In this document: one piece after another, positions 16,178 through 16,649 of the stretch | Position numbering within the stretch: the stretch's first letter is position 1 | How the letters are laid out: every line of letters starts with the position of its first letter | DNA from: Candidatus Hodarchaeota archaeon | GTDB taxonomy: Archaea; Asgardarchaeota; Heimdallarchaeia; Hodarchaeales; Hodarchaeaceae | Direction of reading: 5' to 3' | Length of the DNA stretch: 16,649 bases | NCBI GenBank assembly: GCA_029856365.1 | Contig: JAHQWW010000082.1 | Coordinates: 1-16,649 of the forward strand | Program-made: the position numbers and the translations under genes | Notes under the pieces: model-generated | What the model was told of the DNA's origin: nothing | What the model saw: the letters and a program-made list of their open reading frames with translations, nothing else | Database searches by the model: none

Positions 16178-16649
16178 ATGGAGAAAAATGAAAATTATTC
16201 TTTTGAAATTTTTCCTTACAGGTGGATTGTGTTAGTACTTTTCATGTTTGTTGGGATTCTGACCCAAATTATCTGGATAACCTTCGCACCAATAATGAAT
16301 GAAGTAACTAGTTATTATAATGTGAGTAGTGACGCGATTTTGTTACTAGCTGCTAGCTTTATGATTATCTATATTCCAGTGAATTTTCCTGCTTGTTGGT
16401 TAATAGAAAAATACGGTTTGAAATGGGGAACTGGAATAGGTGTCATCCTCACAGGTATTTTTGGCTTTCTAAGAGCATTTACTGGAACGAATTTTCTCTT
16501 TCTTTTACTTTGCCAGATAATGGTAGCTATTGGTCAGCCTTTCGTTTTGAATTCATTTACAAAACTTGCTGTCAACTGGTTCCCAGAGAAAGAGAAGGTC
16601 ACTGCTACCGGTTTAGGTACTATGGCATTATTTATCGGGATAATTATCG
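16178..16649 (+). CDS. MFS transporter, FLVCR/SLC49-like (3'-partial; absent from the ORF track)
   Basis: Open from ATG 16178 to the window end: MEKNENYSFEIFPYRWIVL...IIWITFAPI...FMIIYIP...WLIEKYGLK...AIGQPFVLNSFTKLAVNWFPEKEKVTATGLG. Confidence 0.9.
   Translation, partial: MEKNENYSFEIFPYRWIVLVLFMFVGILTQIIWITFAPIMNEVTSYYNVSSDAILLLAASFMIIYIPVNFPACWLIEKYGLKWGTGIGVILTGIFGFLRAFTGTNFLFLLLCQIMVAIGQPFVLNSFTKLAVNWFPEKEKVTATGLGTMALFIGIII

Overview
AT-rich archaeal window, most likely from an Asgard archaeon. This is inferred from an Arf-family GTPase, a RING-finger protein, a putative uDENN/longin-like protein, a TrmB-type regulator, BRE/TATA promoters and GGAG/GGTGA-type ribosome-binding sites. In order, it contains: a 5'-truncated membrane-anchored RING protein; a CrtI-like FAD oxidoreductase; a Staygreen (SGR) homologue; a CAAX-protease remnant; an Arf GTPase coupled to a double-wHTH TrmB-like regulator, with a divergent uDENN-like gene; a six-repeat FG-GAP/Ig surface protein; a secreted caspase/gingipain-like protease fused to a hydrophobic toxin-like domain, overlapping tail-to-tail with a bPH-type membrane protein; a small secreted protein; a group II PLP decarboxylase; and a 3'-truncated FLVCR-like MFS transporter. 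Two candidate undescribed systems stand out: (1) a self-processing protease/membrane-toxin fusion with a possible immunity partner (10119-12775), and (2) a GTPase-regulator-longin module that could link an Arf switch to transcription (3709-7021). All family calls come from motif recognition by eye; no searches were run.
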